Source of the DNA: an uncultured virus (IMG/VR IMGVR_UViG_3300044675_006580) | Taxonomy: Duplodnaviria; Heunggongvirae; Uroviricota; Caudoviricetes | Strand: one strand, 5' to 3' | Length of the DNA: 64,000 nucleotides | Virus record (IMG/VR): IMGVR_UViG_3300044675_006580 | In this document: piece after piece, positions 42,424-53,198 of the stretch | How positions within the stretch are numbered: position 1 is the stretch's first letter | How the letters are laid out: each line of letters starts with the position of its first letter | Position numbers and translations under genes: made by a program | Notes under the pieces: model-generated | What the model was told of the DNA's origin: nothing | Seen by the model: the letters and a program-made list of their open reading frames with translations, nothing else | The model's database searches: none

Positions 42424-43049
42424 TGCGCGTCATACCAATCTGTATTGTTGACAGTGTAAGAGTTCAAAGAAAGATCAAGAAGATAAGAAATGCTTACAAT
42501 GTCTTGACGAGTAACTTTAATAGAATCAACAGATAAAGGTGATTTCATATCAGGAATAAAAGCACCACTGTCAGATTTGCGAGCCTTGAAATGGCCAACC
42601 TTCCAGTTGAAAGCAGAGGTATCAATATTGTCACCAGACTGCCAATATTGAACCTTAAAGATTCTACTGATTACTTGATTGTTAACAGTAGCTCCTCCAT
42701 AAGAAACAAATGATTCTGGAGTTGAAATGCCAAGGCGTTCATTAGCAGGAAAGTTAACAACTGCAGTACCGTTAGAAATTGAACGGAGGTAGGCAGCAAA
42801 GTCAACTGCATCTACAAAACAGTTGGTGCTACTTTCAAGTTTGCCAGCAGGAGAAGTCTTGCCAATATCAACATTAAACTTCATTCCCTGAAACCAGGGA
42901 CGAATGGATACAAAGCCACTTTGGCTTTTTGATTTAAACCATTTTTTGTAAAGTGTATTGTTATACTTTGGCTTGTCATCAGAAACTTGATTTTCAGAAC
43001 CGAGGTTCTCAATCATTTCATCTATACTTGTGTGAATGTCCATGTGCAT
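42420..43049 (-). CDS. Hypothetical protein
   Basis: 209-aa ORF coupled to the AAA gene. Confidence 0.65.
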   Translation of the reverse strand: MHMDIHTSIDEMIENLGSENQVSDDKPKYNNTLYKKWFKSKSQSGFVSIRPWFQGMKFNVDIGKTSPAGKLESSTNCFVDAVDFAAYLRSISNGTAVVNFPANERLGISTPESFVSYGGATVNNQVISRIFKVQYWQSGDNIDTSAFNWKVGHFKARKSDSGAFIPDMKSPLSVDSIKVTRQDIVSISYLLDLSLNSYTVNNTDWYDAQ

Positions 43050-44653
43050 TATCCTTTAATTGACCAGGAGTCAGATTTAGCTTTATTTTTAGTTTGTGTA
43101 GATAGTATATCATCTATTTCATTATACTGAAAACTGGAAGCCCAGTCCCAGTTCTCATATGCATAGCGATAAAGGTCTTTAATCATATCACGTTCTTTAT
43201 TCCAAAGAATATTACGCATATAAGGAGCAGCTTTTATCACGTCAGAAGTATTCAACTGACGGTGTTCTGCAGAAACAATATTAAATTTAACTTCTTTAAC
43301 TAAGGATTTAATCTCAGCACCAGTAAAATACTTGGTAGCTTCTGCTATAGCATGATAGTTAAATCCATCTTCAGGAAGATAAATTTTAATAATCTCTACA
43401 CGCTCTTCAATAGAGGGAAGACCAACAAAGAATATTTTATCAAATCGTTCTGCACGAAGCATCTCTGGCTTAAGGTGGTTTAGCTGATTAGCAGCACACA
43501 TTAAGAATACATCGTTAGGAAGTTCTTGAAGACCGGTAAGAAACTCACCATGAACACGATCGGTAGTACCACCGTCTACGTGAGATGAGCTTTGACCACC
43601 AGACATGTCACGGCCAAACTCGTCAATCCAAACACAAAGTGGAGCCATAACTTTAATTTGCTGAAAGACTGCACGCATGTTTTGCTCTGACTGACCAATG
43701 AATGAATTCATTACTTGACTCACACCAGTGCGAGCTAGGTCTAAACCAAGAGCACTAGCAGTAGCCTCGCATATAGCAGACTTGCCAGTGCCAGGTATGC
43801 CAACAGTTAGCATACGACGAATAGGTTGAATGCCAAACTTTTCGGCTTCTTGAGGATTGTTCCAAAAATAAAGATTACGCATAATAACAGCTTTAATATT
43901 GTCAAGACCACCAATTTGGTCAAACGTAATCTTAGGCTTAATGATCTCAAGAATACCATTCTTTTTAACATTAAGCATTTTAGCTTCGTAAACATAAGCA
44001 GAATCAATAGTGCCTTTATCAAGAATAGACATAAGGCACAGGTTAATGAATTTAGATTCACTCAATCCAAGGCCAGCATTAGCAATCTCTTTAGCTTTTG
44101 CAGGATCAATAACTTCGCCATTAGTAGAAACATGTATGTGATGAAGTATTTCATGAAGCTCATGAATAGTAGGATAAAGATCTTCGTGGACATAGAACAT
44201 GTGAGCAATAGGCTCAGGGACTGGAGCAGCAGACAATACAATCATTTGAAGAGGCATTGAGTTAAGATCATCATTCTTAAAAGAAGAACGATATTGAGAA
44301 TGTAATGAAGAAATCAATCCTGCAAACTGACCAGAAAATTCAGCAGAATCTCCAACAAGATGATGGATAAATGTTTTAGATTTGTTTTTAGTTTCTTCTG
44401 AGTTTAACATATAGTCAAAAGAAAGACTAAGGTCAGAAGTAGTTTTAACTATCTTCTCACCTGGAATTTCTGGATGATCAATAGAAACAAGAATTGGTTT
44501 CCATTTGCCGTCTACGTACTTAGAGAAGCCTTCGTGATTAATAGTAAAATATTCTCTTTTGGCATAAGAAGTAATATTTTCTTCTAGGCGATAAGGGTCA
44601 GTAGTTTTAACCCATATTGCTGGAATGCCCAATTGTATTTGCTGAAAAAGCAC
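43049..44653 (-). CDS. AAA+ ATPase (Ycf46/CDC48-like)
   Basis: IGGLDNIK, Walker A GIPGTGKS, Walker B VWIDEF and SRH AANQ...PEMLRAERFD. Confidence 0.9.
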   Translation of the reverse strand: MLFQQIQLGIPAIWVKTTDPYRLEENITSYAKREYFTINHEGFSKYVDGKWKPILVSIDHPEIPGEKIVKTTSDLSLSFDYMLNSEETKNKSKTFIHHLVGDSAEFSGQFAGLISSLHSQYRSSFKNDDLNSMPLQMIVLSAAPVPEPIAHMFYVHEDLYPTIHELHEILHHIHVSTNGEVIDPAKAKEIANAGLGLSESKFINLCLMSILDKGTIDSAYVYEAKMLNVKKNGILEIIKPKITFDQIGGLDNIKAVIMRNLYFWNNPQEAEKFGIQPIRRMLTVGIPGTGKSAICEATASALGLDLARTGVSQVMNSFIGQSEQNMRAVFQQIKVMAPLCVWIDEFGRDMSGGQSSSHVDGGTTDRVHGEFLTGLQELPNDVFLMCAANQLNHLKPEMLRAERFDKIFFVGLPSIEERVEIIKIYLPEDGFNYHAIAEATKYFTGAEIKSLVKEVKFNIVSAEHRQLNTSDVIKAAPYMRNILWNKERDMIKDLYRYAYENWDWASSFQYNEIDDILSTQTKNKAKSDSWSIKG

Positions 44654-44775
44654 TTTTGCTCCGTTTATATAATTATAAAATAATCTATAGCCTTTATAAA
44701 AAAGACAATGTTGTGGGGGAGAGTATGAATTTTAGCTCAAAATCTCCCCCACGATCTTGTGGGGTACTAAATAAA

Positions 44776-45027
44776 TTAGCCCTTTTCGCCAGCACGGCGA
44801 TGAAATTCAACATTGTCGTTAGCTTGAATGACATAGTTTTCGTCAAGCTTGTCTTTGCCCTTGTAAGCAATTGCGTCAGAGCTGATGCCCCAGAGCTTGC
44901 TGAACTGCTCACGTACTTCAGCAACTGTTTTACCAGAAACTGGAGCTGGTTGATTGTAAACTCCGTAACGAACGTTAGCCACGCTACTTGATGATTGTGG
45001 GTTATTTTGGTTAGATGTAAGTTCCAT
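44776..45027 (-). CDS. Ubiquitin-like (beta-grasp) protein
   Basis: GKTVAEVR...YVIQANDNVEFHRRAGEKG with a terminal Gly; directly downstream of the E1 gene. Confidence 0.75.
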   Translation of the reverse strand: MELTSNQNNPQSSSSVANVRYGVYNQPAPVSGKTVAEVREQFSKLWGISSDAIAYKGKDKLDENYVIQANDNVEFHRRAGEKG

Positions 45028-45040
45028 TTTACTTCTCCGT

Positions 45041-45787
45041 CTATATTGATATTAGTGTGTTGACCATACGGTTGTATGGTTGAGCCATGCCCAATCCAAG
45101 ATCAAAGTAGATCTCTGATTGTTCAGGATTTTGATCGGAAACAAGCGTGTGCTGGATCCGACCAAGAATAAATGCAGCAACTGCCATGTTAGTTGCTAAG
45201 ATTTGAGTTCCACCTTCGACCTCTGCGCGTTCTTGGCAAGACATCTCGCCAGGATTACGATCAGGTGGGTTCTGGTATTCAGGATGAGTCTCTACTGGAT
45301 GGGCAGTGACGTCTTGTCCATTGCGACGCTGATAATGATAAAGACTACCAAATAGGTTATCGTCATTACCACCAGTAAAAACATCTACGTTGTCGAGCTT
45401 TGAGGCTGCATCGAAAAGAATTTTACGAGCAGAGAAGTTATCAACAACAGCAAGGACTATGTCACCTTCAGTAATTAACTGAGAAGCTTTAATTTTGCCA
45501 GCTTCTTCATCAACATCGGGATGATCATCAGACACAACCCACTTAGGGATTGGAATAATCATAGTGCTACTAAACTGTTTAGAAAGCTCTAAAGCTTTAA
45601 CGGAAGCTTTATTGCCCATCTGACTAAAGTCTTGACGCTCAAGATTCTTAGCTTCATAGTGGTCACCGTCAACGATGATCAAAGCAGAACCAGGAAACTT
45701 CCACTCAAGAAGTCTAACGACTCCCGATGCAAGCCAAGTGCCGATGCCACCAGCACCGACCATTACAACTCTTTTAGGATTACTCAT
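45041..45787 (-). CDS. E1-like ThiF/MoeB adenylating enzyme
   Basis: GAGGIG, VDGD, NLERQ, NKA and AVVDN..AR motifs, with a candidate catalytic Cys in SCQE. Confidence 0.88.
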   Translation of the reverse strand: MSNPKRVVMVGAGGIGTWLASGVVRLLEWKFPGSALIIVDGDHYEAKNLERQDFSQMGNKASVKALELSKQFSSTMIIPIPKWVVSDDHPDVDEEAGKIKASQLITEGDIVLAVVDNFSARKILFDAASKLDNVDVFTGGNDDNLFGSLYHYQRRNGQDVTAHPVETHPEYQNPPDRNPGEMSCQERAEVEGGTQILATNMAVAAFILGRIQHTLVSDQNPEQSEIYFDLGLGMAQPYNRMVNTLISI

Positions 45788-47408
45788 AATATGAACCTTC
45801 GTATGCTATGTTAGAGAATGGTGTAAAAAGATTACATTCTTTAATGGGATTTTTGATTGGTGTTTTTGTAGAAGCAAATTCTAAGATAGACTTAAAATAT
45901 GGCTCACAACTCTTTGAGTAATAATATTCACAATTAAGACATCCAGCATTTCTGTCGTAAACATCATATGGATGAGCCTGATCAAAATCCATAACATCAG
46001 AGTAAAGGACGGTATTAAGACAGATGCACCTATATGCATCTTCTACAGGTATGTTACAACAGACTGTAAATCCTTCGTCAAATCCCTGATAATAAAAATT
46101 ATCAAGCTCTTCAATTTCAATTTGAGAATCAGTAATTAAATTGGGAATATAATCATCAGACTTATCAGCTATGCGCAAAAGAGCGTCTTCACTGTTATCA
46201 TTTTTAATCCAAAGATAATAATTAACATTTGGATCTTTTTTGCGTTCACGAAGATATCGAGCACCAGACATCAATATTTCTGAATAAGAAGATTGAAGAT
46301 CGCACATTAGAATGTCGCAGTTAGGACAAATATTAACAAGCATTTCAGCAAGAGTAAAAGGATAAGAGCAGGATAAACATTCTGCATCTTTATCAGAATA
46401 ATCAACTTCAGCTATAATAATGTACGGATCAACGTCTTTTAGTTCAGGAAGCTCCTGAAGCCGAGAGTCTCCCTTAATCGTACCAGCTGGCGTATAAACC
46501 CGCTGTTGAGTTGCTGGCTGGAGTGCCGTAGACTGTGCCACCTGAGTAACCGAACCCCCCGCTATGGGGGGGAGTACTTTTTTTACTTTATCAGTCCAAG
46601 CAACAACCTCTGGATCAGGGTCTTTGGTTATTGTGAACGATTCAAAAACATCTTCAGGCTTAAGAGTATAGGCTGTTCCAGCCATCTGAAGCTCGATGTG
46701 ATACTGAGTTGCGCCGTTGTTAACAGAAGATTGCCAACCATAGGTTATATGGATACCATCGAAGTCTGCTTGATCAGCATGGTCGGTCCCAGAGGCATAT
46801 GCTGCCATCTTAGGATGACTGTGGACAGAGCCAACAATCAGTACATGATCTGGCTTCTGGTCTACAATGCTATCGGCTTCATATTTACAGTGAACTGAAG
46901 TGTTAGTTTGCTCAGGGACTAGAACTCCCCAACCTTGAGAATCGCCTTCAAAGTTTGGATCAAAGGTCAATAGAACAATAGATTCAGTACCGTGCTGAGC
47001 ATCGACAAGTCGGAAGAACTCATCAAGCTTATCTATAATTACTTTAGGAATTGGAGGAAGAGAATACTCTGCCTCAACACGAACTGCTTCAAAGTCGTAA
47101 ATGTCTTCGTCTTCGACTACGCTTACAGAACGACCAACAAAGTTATTAACAACTTTTACAATGCTGGTGTTGTAGTCAGTAACAGTCTCGGTCCAAGGTG
47201 CAACGTAAGGATTAGTTTTAGCTTTGTGCTCGACCTTGCGACTTTCTGCAACGTTACATATGAGGTAATAAATATTGAATCCAAGGAATTCAATTTCTTC
47301 CTCAATGTTTTCCCTGTTAGCCATGAAGCAGGGGACTCCAGATTTAGTCCAGAAGTAAGTTAAATCTTCTAACTTAACATCCATGTATGTTATATTTTCA
47401 GTGTCCAT
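45780..47408 (-). CDS. JAB/MPN metallo-isopeptidase with C-terminal Cys clusters
   Basis: TESIVLL...GSVHSHPKMAAYASGTDHAD (E...HxH-x7-S-x2-D). Confidence 0.85.
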   Translation of the reverse strand: MDTENITYMDVKLEDLTYFWTKSGVPCFMANRENIEEEIEFLGFNIYYLICNVAESRKVEHKAKTNPYVAPWTETVTDYNTSIVKVVNNFVGRSVSVVEDEDIYDFEAVRVEAEYSLPPIPKVIIDKLDEFFRLVDAQHGTESIVLLTFDPNFEGDSQGWGVLVPEQTNTSVHCKYEADSIVDQKPDHVLIVGSVHSHPKMAAYASGTDHADQADFDGIHITYGWQSSVNNGATQYHIELQMAGTAYTLKPEDVFESFTITKDPDPEVVAWTDKVKKVLPPIAGGSVTQVAQSTALQPATQQRVYTPAGTIKGDSRLQELPELKDVDPYIIIAEVDYSDKDAECLSCSYPFTLAEMLVNICPNCDILMCDLQSSYSEILMSGARYLRERKKDPNVNYYLWIKNDNSEDALLRIADKSDDYIPNLITDSQIEIEELDNFYYQGFDEGFTVCCNIPVEDAYRCICLNTVLYSDVMDFDQAHPYDVYDRNAGCLNCEYYYSKSCEPYFKSILEFASTKTPIKNPIKECNLFTPFSNIAYEGSYYE

Positions 47409-47449
47409 TAATATCTCCGATATATTTGGGTTCAGTGTTTTGTATTGAA

Positions 47450-49285
47450 TTAAAAGGGATCATCGCCAAGTGGTTGGACATTAATAGAATTAATGCCAGG
47501 ATAAAGTTTGTGTTTTGCAACTATTTCAACAAAAGCTGGAATATTAGGCTCAAAGTGTGCAACCATCATTCCACCACCATTTTCAGTTACATTTCCTAAG
47601 CAGCCACCACAGCAAGCTGTAACAGCTAAGGAAACAGAATCGTCAAATGAATCAATTGGAGTAGCAGTGCAAGATCCAAATTGAGTTTGTGCCTTATCTT
47701 TAATTAACCCACAAGGGCAAACAAAGAAGTTAGGAGCACAAGAATCGCAGAATGAAACATATTCTGAAGTAGAGTTATTTGGATCATCAATGTTAATGTC
47801 TATTGTCTTCAATGTAGGATAAACAGATTGCCATCCAGTAGATGTAACAACAAGTTTATGACATGAAAGACATTCAGCAGTATCAAGTTCATTTTGTACT
47901 ATATCTTTAGTAAAGCAAGTTGGACAAACTAAAGACAAGTCTTGAAGTCTATGGAATTTAGCTTGAACAGTATGAAGCTGTATGATCCCATTGCCACTCA
48001 TTGCATACTCATCATCACAAGAAGAGCATTCAATGATTGTATCGTGAGCAGTATGGTACCAAGAATCAGTAGACTCTATGTATACAACGTTGTCATCTTC
48101 TTGGTTGTAATACTTGTCAACAGAAGGAATAAGAACATAGTGACTCTCTAAGCAGTAAAGACAAAGAGGGTTGTCATGTGCATCCCAAACAGGATCTTCA
48201 TCTGTCATAAGCTCTTCACAATGATTGCAAACCCATGAGTTTTCATCTTCATTGTGATCTTCACCATTAGCAACCCAAAGCTTAGAAGCATCAAGAGTTG
48301 CAGAACCATTTTGCTCACGATGAGCTATAGTAAAGTCATAAGGGTTATCTTTATTCTGATGAGTATATGTTACTGGAGCAGAAGCAAAAGAAGCTTTAAT
48401 AAAAGTGGCAATGTCAGAGTTTTTAAGTTCCATATCAGAACGAGATACTTTGTTGTACATCTTGGTTTGTTCACTGTCAGAATAATAAGCCTGATAGTTA
48501 CCAAGCATGGCCATAGCTAAAGTTAGTGGAACACCTTTATCATCATGTTTATCTTGATTGTCCATGTCCTTTACTTTAACAGGAAGTAAAAGTTCAGAAT
48601 CTAAAGTCCAATTATAACCATTAAGGGAAGAATAATCTTGCCATGCAGATGGATTCCAAAAACGTTCTGGTTTGCCATAGCTTTGATAAAAGCGAGCACC
48701 ATCAGTCTCTGACATATTGGCATCATTATATGTTTCTACGCCAGAGCATCGTTCAATGAAGCGACTAATCTTTTCGTTAAAAGGAAGAGCTGACCAATCA
48801 TCTTTAAGGTATAAACATATCCAACCTACACCATTGCCTCGGTAACCTTTGCAGTTAATGTTTGGAAGATTGACATGATAGAGTTGGTTTTCAGGAGAAG
48901 TAATTGGAAGTGGAGAATAGAACATTCTTGCGCCAAGAAGGTTGCCATCCTTAAAATCACCAATTACAATCCGATAAGGTTGAGCAACGTAATATGCTTT
49001 AGCATTAGAGTCACCTTCATGAGAACCCCAGTTAATATGGTACATGCCGGGCTTATGCTGGGTAACAACCTGAGTATGAGGGCCTGCAGTTCTAATTGCT
49101 AGAACGCCAGTCCCATCAAGAGGCATGAGGCCTGTATCGAAAGAAGCATACTGTGAAAAGTTTTTATAAAAAGATACAATATCTTTATCTGTGACATGGT
49201 CAAGGTTAAAAGATTTAACAGTTGAACGAACAGTGAAAGCACCTTCTTCCGTAGCGACTAATGAGTAGTTAAAGGTATCAGACAT
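47450..49285 (-). CDS. Prokaryotic E2-like protein with multiple C-terminal CxxC motifs
   Basis: AQPYRI, LYHVNLPNINC...GWICL and YNDAN; at least eight CxxC-type pairs in the C-terminal part. Confidence 0.65.
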   Translation of the reverse strand: MSDTFNYSLVATEEGAFTVRSTVKSFNLDHVTDKDIVSFYKNFSQYASFDTGLMPLDGTGVLAIRTAGPHTQVVTQHKPGMYHINWGSHEGDSNAKAYYVAQPYRIVIGDFKDGNLLGARMFYSPLPITSPENQLYHVNLPNINCKGYRGNGVGWICLYLKDDWSALPFNEKISRFIERCSGVETYNDANMSETDGARFYQSYGKPERFWNPSAWQDYSSLNGYNWTLDSELLLPVKVKDMDNQDKHDDKGVPLTLAMAMLGNYQAYYSDSEQTKMYNKVSRSDMELKNSDIATFIKASFASAPVTYTHQNKDNPYDFTIAHREQNGSATLDASKLWVANGEDHNEDENSWVCNHCEELMTDEDPVWDAHDNPLCLYCLESHYVLIPSVDKYYNQEDDNVVYIESTDSWYHTAHDTIIECSSCDDEYAMSGNGIIQLHTVQAKFHRLQDLSLVCPTCFTKDIVQNELDTAECLSCHKLVVTSTGWQSVYPTLKTIDINIDDPNNSTSEYVSFCDSCAPNFFVCPCGLIKDKAQTQFGSCTATPIDSFDDSVSLAVTACCGGCLGNVTENGGGMMVAHFEPNIPAFVEIVAKHKLYPGINSINVQPLGDDPF

Positions 49286-49676
49286 CTAAGTCTCCTAATA
49301 TATTATCTAATTCTAAATCTAAGTTTACAGAAAAATCTCCAAAGGTTAAAGCAAACCAATTGGGATCTTTTTCAGCAAGTTCAATAATCTTAAGCTTGGG
49401 AAGAAGGTCATTACGAGCTTCAATAAGATCAGCAACACGGTCTAAAGCTTTGCCAACTTTTTTCAGATCTTCACGATTCTCACTGATATTAAGAATGAAC
49501 TTAATAACAGGCATATCCTCTAAGGTAAAATGATCTACAATTTTATCAATTCGATCATTGAGTATGCTAAGGTGGTTTTCTATTTCTTTCTTGACGTGCT
49601 TTGAGGAGTCAAGATTAAAATAAAAAGAATTCAAAGATTTGGAAGAAGATGGTATCTTCTCAGGATATATGTCCAT
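49278..49676 (-). CDS. Hypothetical protein
   Basis: 132-aa ORF. Confidence 0.55.
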   Translation of the reverse strand: MDIYPEKIPSSSKSLNSFYFNLDSSKHVKKEIENHLSILNDRIDKIVDHFTLEDMPVIKFILNISENREDLKKVGKALDRVADLIEARNDLLPKLKIIELAEKDPNWFALTFGDFSVNLDLELDNILGDLDV

Positions 49677-49689
49677 AAGTTACCTTTTA

Positions 49690-50085
49690 TTAGTATGGAT
49701 TCATAACAGAAATTAATTCTTCAGTGTTAGAATATTTTTTTATAAGTAAGTCTAATTGTGTAGACCAAGTTTTAGTATCAAGGTCTTGTTGTGCAGCTAT
49801 ATTTAAGATGTATTTAAAATATGTTTTTCTCTGTTTTGGAGTTAATCCACCCCAAAGACCATAGGGTTCTTGATTAACCAAAGAAGTGTAAAGGCAATAA
49901 AATTGAACTGGGCAACCTTGACAGTATCTCTTAGAAAGTGAACGCAGTATAGATTCTTTAGTATGAAAAAAATCTTCAATCTCAGAAGTAGAAAGGCACG
50001 AAGCATTATCTTTCCAAGATGCTATAGAAGCATTTACATACTGTTGATGATGAATATATTCTTGAGTAACTTTTATTAAAGTCAC
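49690..50085 (-). CDS. whiB: WhiB-family Fe-S transcription factor
   Basis: W..ASC, CQGCPVQFYC and YGLWGGLTPKQR. Confidence 0.85.
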   Translation of the reverse strand: MTLIKVTQEYIHHQQYVNASIASWKDNASCLSTSEIEDFFHTKESILRSLSKRYCQGCPVQFYCLYTSLVNQEPYGLWGGLTPKQRKTYFKYILNIAAQQDLDTKTWSTQLDLLIKKYSNTEELISVMNPY

Positions 50086-50741
50086 AACTTATATCCATGA
50101 CCATTAGATTTTCTAATGTTAGCAAATATACTATTGATATATGTATCAGAAGAAAGGTAATCTTTTGCTGAACCAGTGTGCTGCTCAATAAGAGCAGAAC
50201 TTGGTTCACGATTACATAGAGAGCAAACTTTTTTATAAAGTTCAATACTGTCAATAATGACAAAGTTTAAGATCTTACGCATTGAATGAAAGTATGTAGA
50301 TACAAATCTTTCATCCATTTCAATCTTAAATATCTCAGAAATTTTCTTAAAAATATCTTCATCAGTTTGTTCTGTTATTGCGTTAACAAAATCAATAATT
50401 AACATTCTGCGAAAAATAGATTCCTCAAGAATGTCACAATAAAGATTGTATTGAAAGTTTCCGTCAGTAAGAGAATTTAAAGTATTAAAAGTTGTGCGGG
50501 CATAAGCGTTTGTTTGAAATATAAAAGTATTGGCACTTTCATAAAGAGTTAATGCTAGCTTAGACCGCATTAACATAGAGCCAATCTTCTCTTCATCTAT
50601 ATCTGCACTTTCAATTATAGAACGAAAGTCGTCCAAAGAAGAAGCAGTAGTAGAAGTATTAGGAAGTTTAATGGATGGTGGAATAGATGATGTCTCTGAA
50701 AAAAGGTCGTCATCATTATCAGATAGATGGTTAAAGGACAT
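50082..50741 (-). CDS. Hypothetical protein
   Basis: 219-aa ORF. Confidence 0.6.
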   Translation of the reverse strand: MSFNHLSDNDDDLFSETSSIPPSIKLPNTSTTASSLDDFRSIIESADIDEEKIGSMLMRSKLALTLYESANTFIFQTNAYARTTFNTLNSLTDGNFQYNLYCDILEESIFRRMLIIDFVNAITEQTDEDIFKKISEIFKIEMDERFVSTYFHSMRKILNFVIIDSIELYKKVCSLCNREPSSALIEQHTGSAKDYLSSDTYINSIFANIRKSNGHGYKL

Positions 50742-50787
50742 AGTTCTCCAATGTTATTTTGTCAGATTTTGATCTGAATATTTTTAG

Positions 50788-50861
50788 TACCGAGTACAGG
50801 AATTGAACCTGTTCAGGAAACTTATAAGATTTCTTCCGTCATACCGTTCGGACCACTCGGC
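50788..50861 (-). tRNA. tRNA-Ile(TAT)
   Basis: GCCGAGT/ACTCGGT acceptor stem, GAAAT-CTTATAA-GTTTC anticodon arm, TTCAATT T-loop and A73. Confidence 0.85.
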
Positions 50862-51213
50862 TTGTAGTTGGGATTTACTACAAGCCACGTATTCGAAAAT
50901 CTAAAATCATAACATCCTTATTAATCATATAACTATTATAGCAGAATAATTGATAGTGGGCAATGGGGTCGATATGGGGACCACTAGGATCATTGCTTTT
51001 TCCGTCAGCAATTCAGTTGGCTTATTTCTGTGTTTTACCACGTAGTAAGATTGAATTTTCTAGCCACTATCAAACTTATTGGCAACACTGTCGCTGTTAC
51101 GTCCCAGTAAGCGCCGGTGTTACCAAATTAATTAACTAGCAGTCACAACGGGGGATATGGGCCCACCTTAGGTGTTGTGATTACGTATCCACTACAAGGC
51201 TACTAGTTAAATC

Positions 51214-51684
51214 TTAGTGGATTCTAAATCCACCACAGTTCTCAAGAAAGAGTTGAAATTCTTTCATAAGATCCAAATCCATACAGTACCATGAGAGAGA
51301 TGTTTTAACCTTTAAGGTACCGCTACAAGAATTACACTCTTGAGTTTTAACAGTGCCATCATCTTGAGGCCAGTCTCGAGTTCCTTTAGAATCGCAATAT
51401 TTGCAATCTTCTAAAGGTATAGCTTCAATAGCTGCACGATAATCTGAAATATATTTTTCTATGATTCCTTTTTCTAAATCTTTTTTTAAAAGCTTAGAAA
51501 GGGCTGATGAATCTTTAGCGTTTAATCCAGAACCAGAATTATCATGGGGAGATTCACACCTGCCACAAATAGCAGGATGAAGTTCTTCTAAGCAATTCCA
51601 TAAAGGGTGCCAGTACCAAACATTAGAGCGAAAGTATTCGCCTTGTTGATTCTTTGGCTTTATGCCATAAACATCCATTCCCAT
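51214..51684 (-). CDS. Conserved phage hypothetical protein with CxxC pairs
   Basis: MGMDVYG, YFRSNVWYWHPLW and FLENCGGF. Confidence 0.7.
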   Translation of the reverse strand: MGMDVYGIKPKNQQGEYFRSNVWYWHPLWNCLEELHPAICGRCESPHDNSGSGLNAKDSSALSKLLKKDLEKGIIEKYISDYRAAIEAIPLEDCKYCDSKGTRDWPQDDGTVKTQECNSCSGTLKVKTSLSWYCMDLDLMKEFQLFLENCGGFRIH

Positions 51685-51866
51685 AATTAATCCTTAAATA
51701 AATTTACTTAATGGTAAAGTATAACGTTCGTGAATAGAACAATAGTTTGTAAAGTTATATATAGAAAGAAGAGTCTTACAGTTAGTGTGGTGACACTGTC
51801 TTTTGGTATCTGAATGGTTGACCTTGGAAGGTCGATCTATTCTAGCTGTAACGTTTATCTTGTTGC

Positions 51867-52130
51867 TCATAATGTGTAAGCATCTCCGTTTTGCTGTATT
51901 TTAGAATCTTCATAAGGAGCTACTATACGACGATAGAGCTCAAGCTTTGCACATTCTAATGCTCCAATGGCAGCATTAATGTTAGCATAATTCTTACCAT
52001 GGGAGTTAATGTAATGATCGACTAGCTTGGTGATACAATAGTTAAGATCACCAGCAGTATGAATCACTGTTGATTTAAATGTCAACCGTTGGTCAAAGAA
52101 CTCACGGTCTTCTTGTTTAATGTAAGGCAT
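51867..52130 (-). CDS. Conserved phage hypothetical protein
   Basis: MPYIKQEDR...GDLNY...GALECAKLELYRRIVAPYED..I..NGD. Confidence 0.7.
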   Translation of the reverse strand: MPYIKQEDREFFDQRLTFKSTVIHTAGDLNYCITKLVDHYINSHGKNYANINAAIGALECAKLELYRRIVAPYEDSKIQQNGDAYTL

Positions 52131-52289
52131 TTTATTGGTCCTGTTCTGGGTAATACCAATTTTTTGTAGGAGAATAAGCAATTCGAGAAGCAACATAAAA
52201 GATTAATAGTGCAAAAAATTGCATGAATAAAGATTCAGTTAACCCTATATAGAGTAACCAAATATACATAAAAATAGTTTTTAGCATAG

Positions 52290-52363
52290 TGGGCTCTGTG
52301 GGACTTGAACCCACGACCAACGGATTATGAGTCCGGCGCTCTAACCAACTGAGCTAAGAGCCC
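52290..52363 (-). tRNA. tRNA with CAT anticodon (Ile2 or elongator Met)
   Basis: Canonical cloverleaf with anticodon loop CTCATAA and a GGGCTCT acceptor stem. Confidence 0.88.
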
Positions 52364-53198
52364 GAAGAACAGTTGTGACCACCTGTGTCTGGGGTCAAGT
52401 GGATTGGTATATTCACTTTGTGGACAGGACAATCGTAAACGAGTGTTAACCTGTAGCAATGGGGACTGTTAGCTCCCAAGTAATTAGTGATTGCACATCA
52501 CTGCATAGCATTAATCACCTGAGACTGGAACTCTCAAGGTAAATGTACCAAATACAATCCGATACTGAGGAGTCTCTGTATTTTGTATTTCCTCTGAAGG
52601 AGATTCAATAGGACGTTCTTCTATTTGTACTGGAGACATATTATAGTTTTCCTTCTTTAGGAATGTAAATTTTAATTTTAGCTGATGTAAACATAACTGA
52701 AGGCTGATCATACTTTTCGTATTCATAACCTATATCAAGGCGTTCATCTATTTCATCTTGAAGCAATTCAACTGCTTCGGCATCGTCTTGAAATTCACCA
52801 GGAATGTCTGCATAAATTTCAACAGTAAGTTTAACTTTCATTAATCCTCAAGGGTTGCAATATAGTTTTTGATAGCAAGATCAATAACTGGTTGATATTG
52901 TGACCAAATATCATCGTCTGCTGTAGAAACGCCATAAGGTATTTGGCCATCATTATAAAGTTGATTATAAGCTTGAGTTAAAAAAACTAATTGAACGTCT
53001 TCTTCAAGATTATCAAAGTCTAAAATAGTTGACATATTTATACCTCATGAGTAGGAGTAGCGTTTTCTGTTAATAATAAATATAAACGAATATCTAAAAG
53101 TAAGTCGGTCATCTCAGCTGATGAAACAAGCTGCTGACCTGAAATGTCTCCAATGGCTTTGTCAACCATTTGGATAGCATTAGTTTTTGGATTAATAG

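Noticed and set aside
52288..52320. N-terminal extensions of ORFs 52132-52320 and 53199-53513
   Set aside because: They overlap tRNA genes. The real starts are probably 52287 and 53480.
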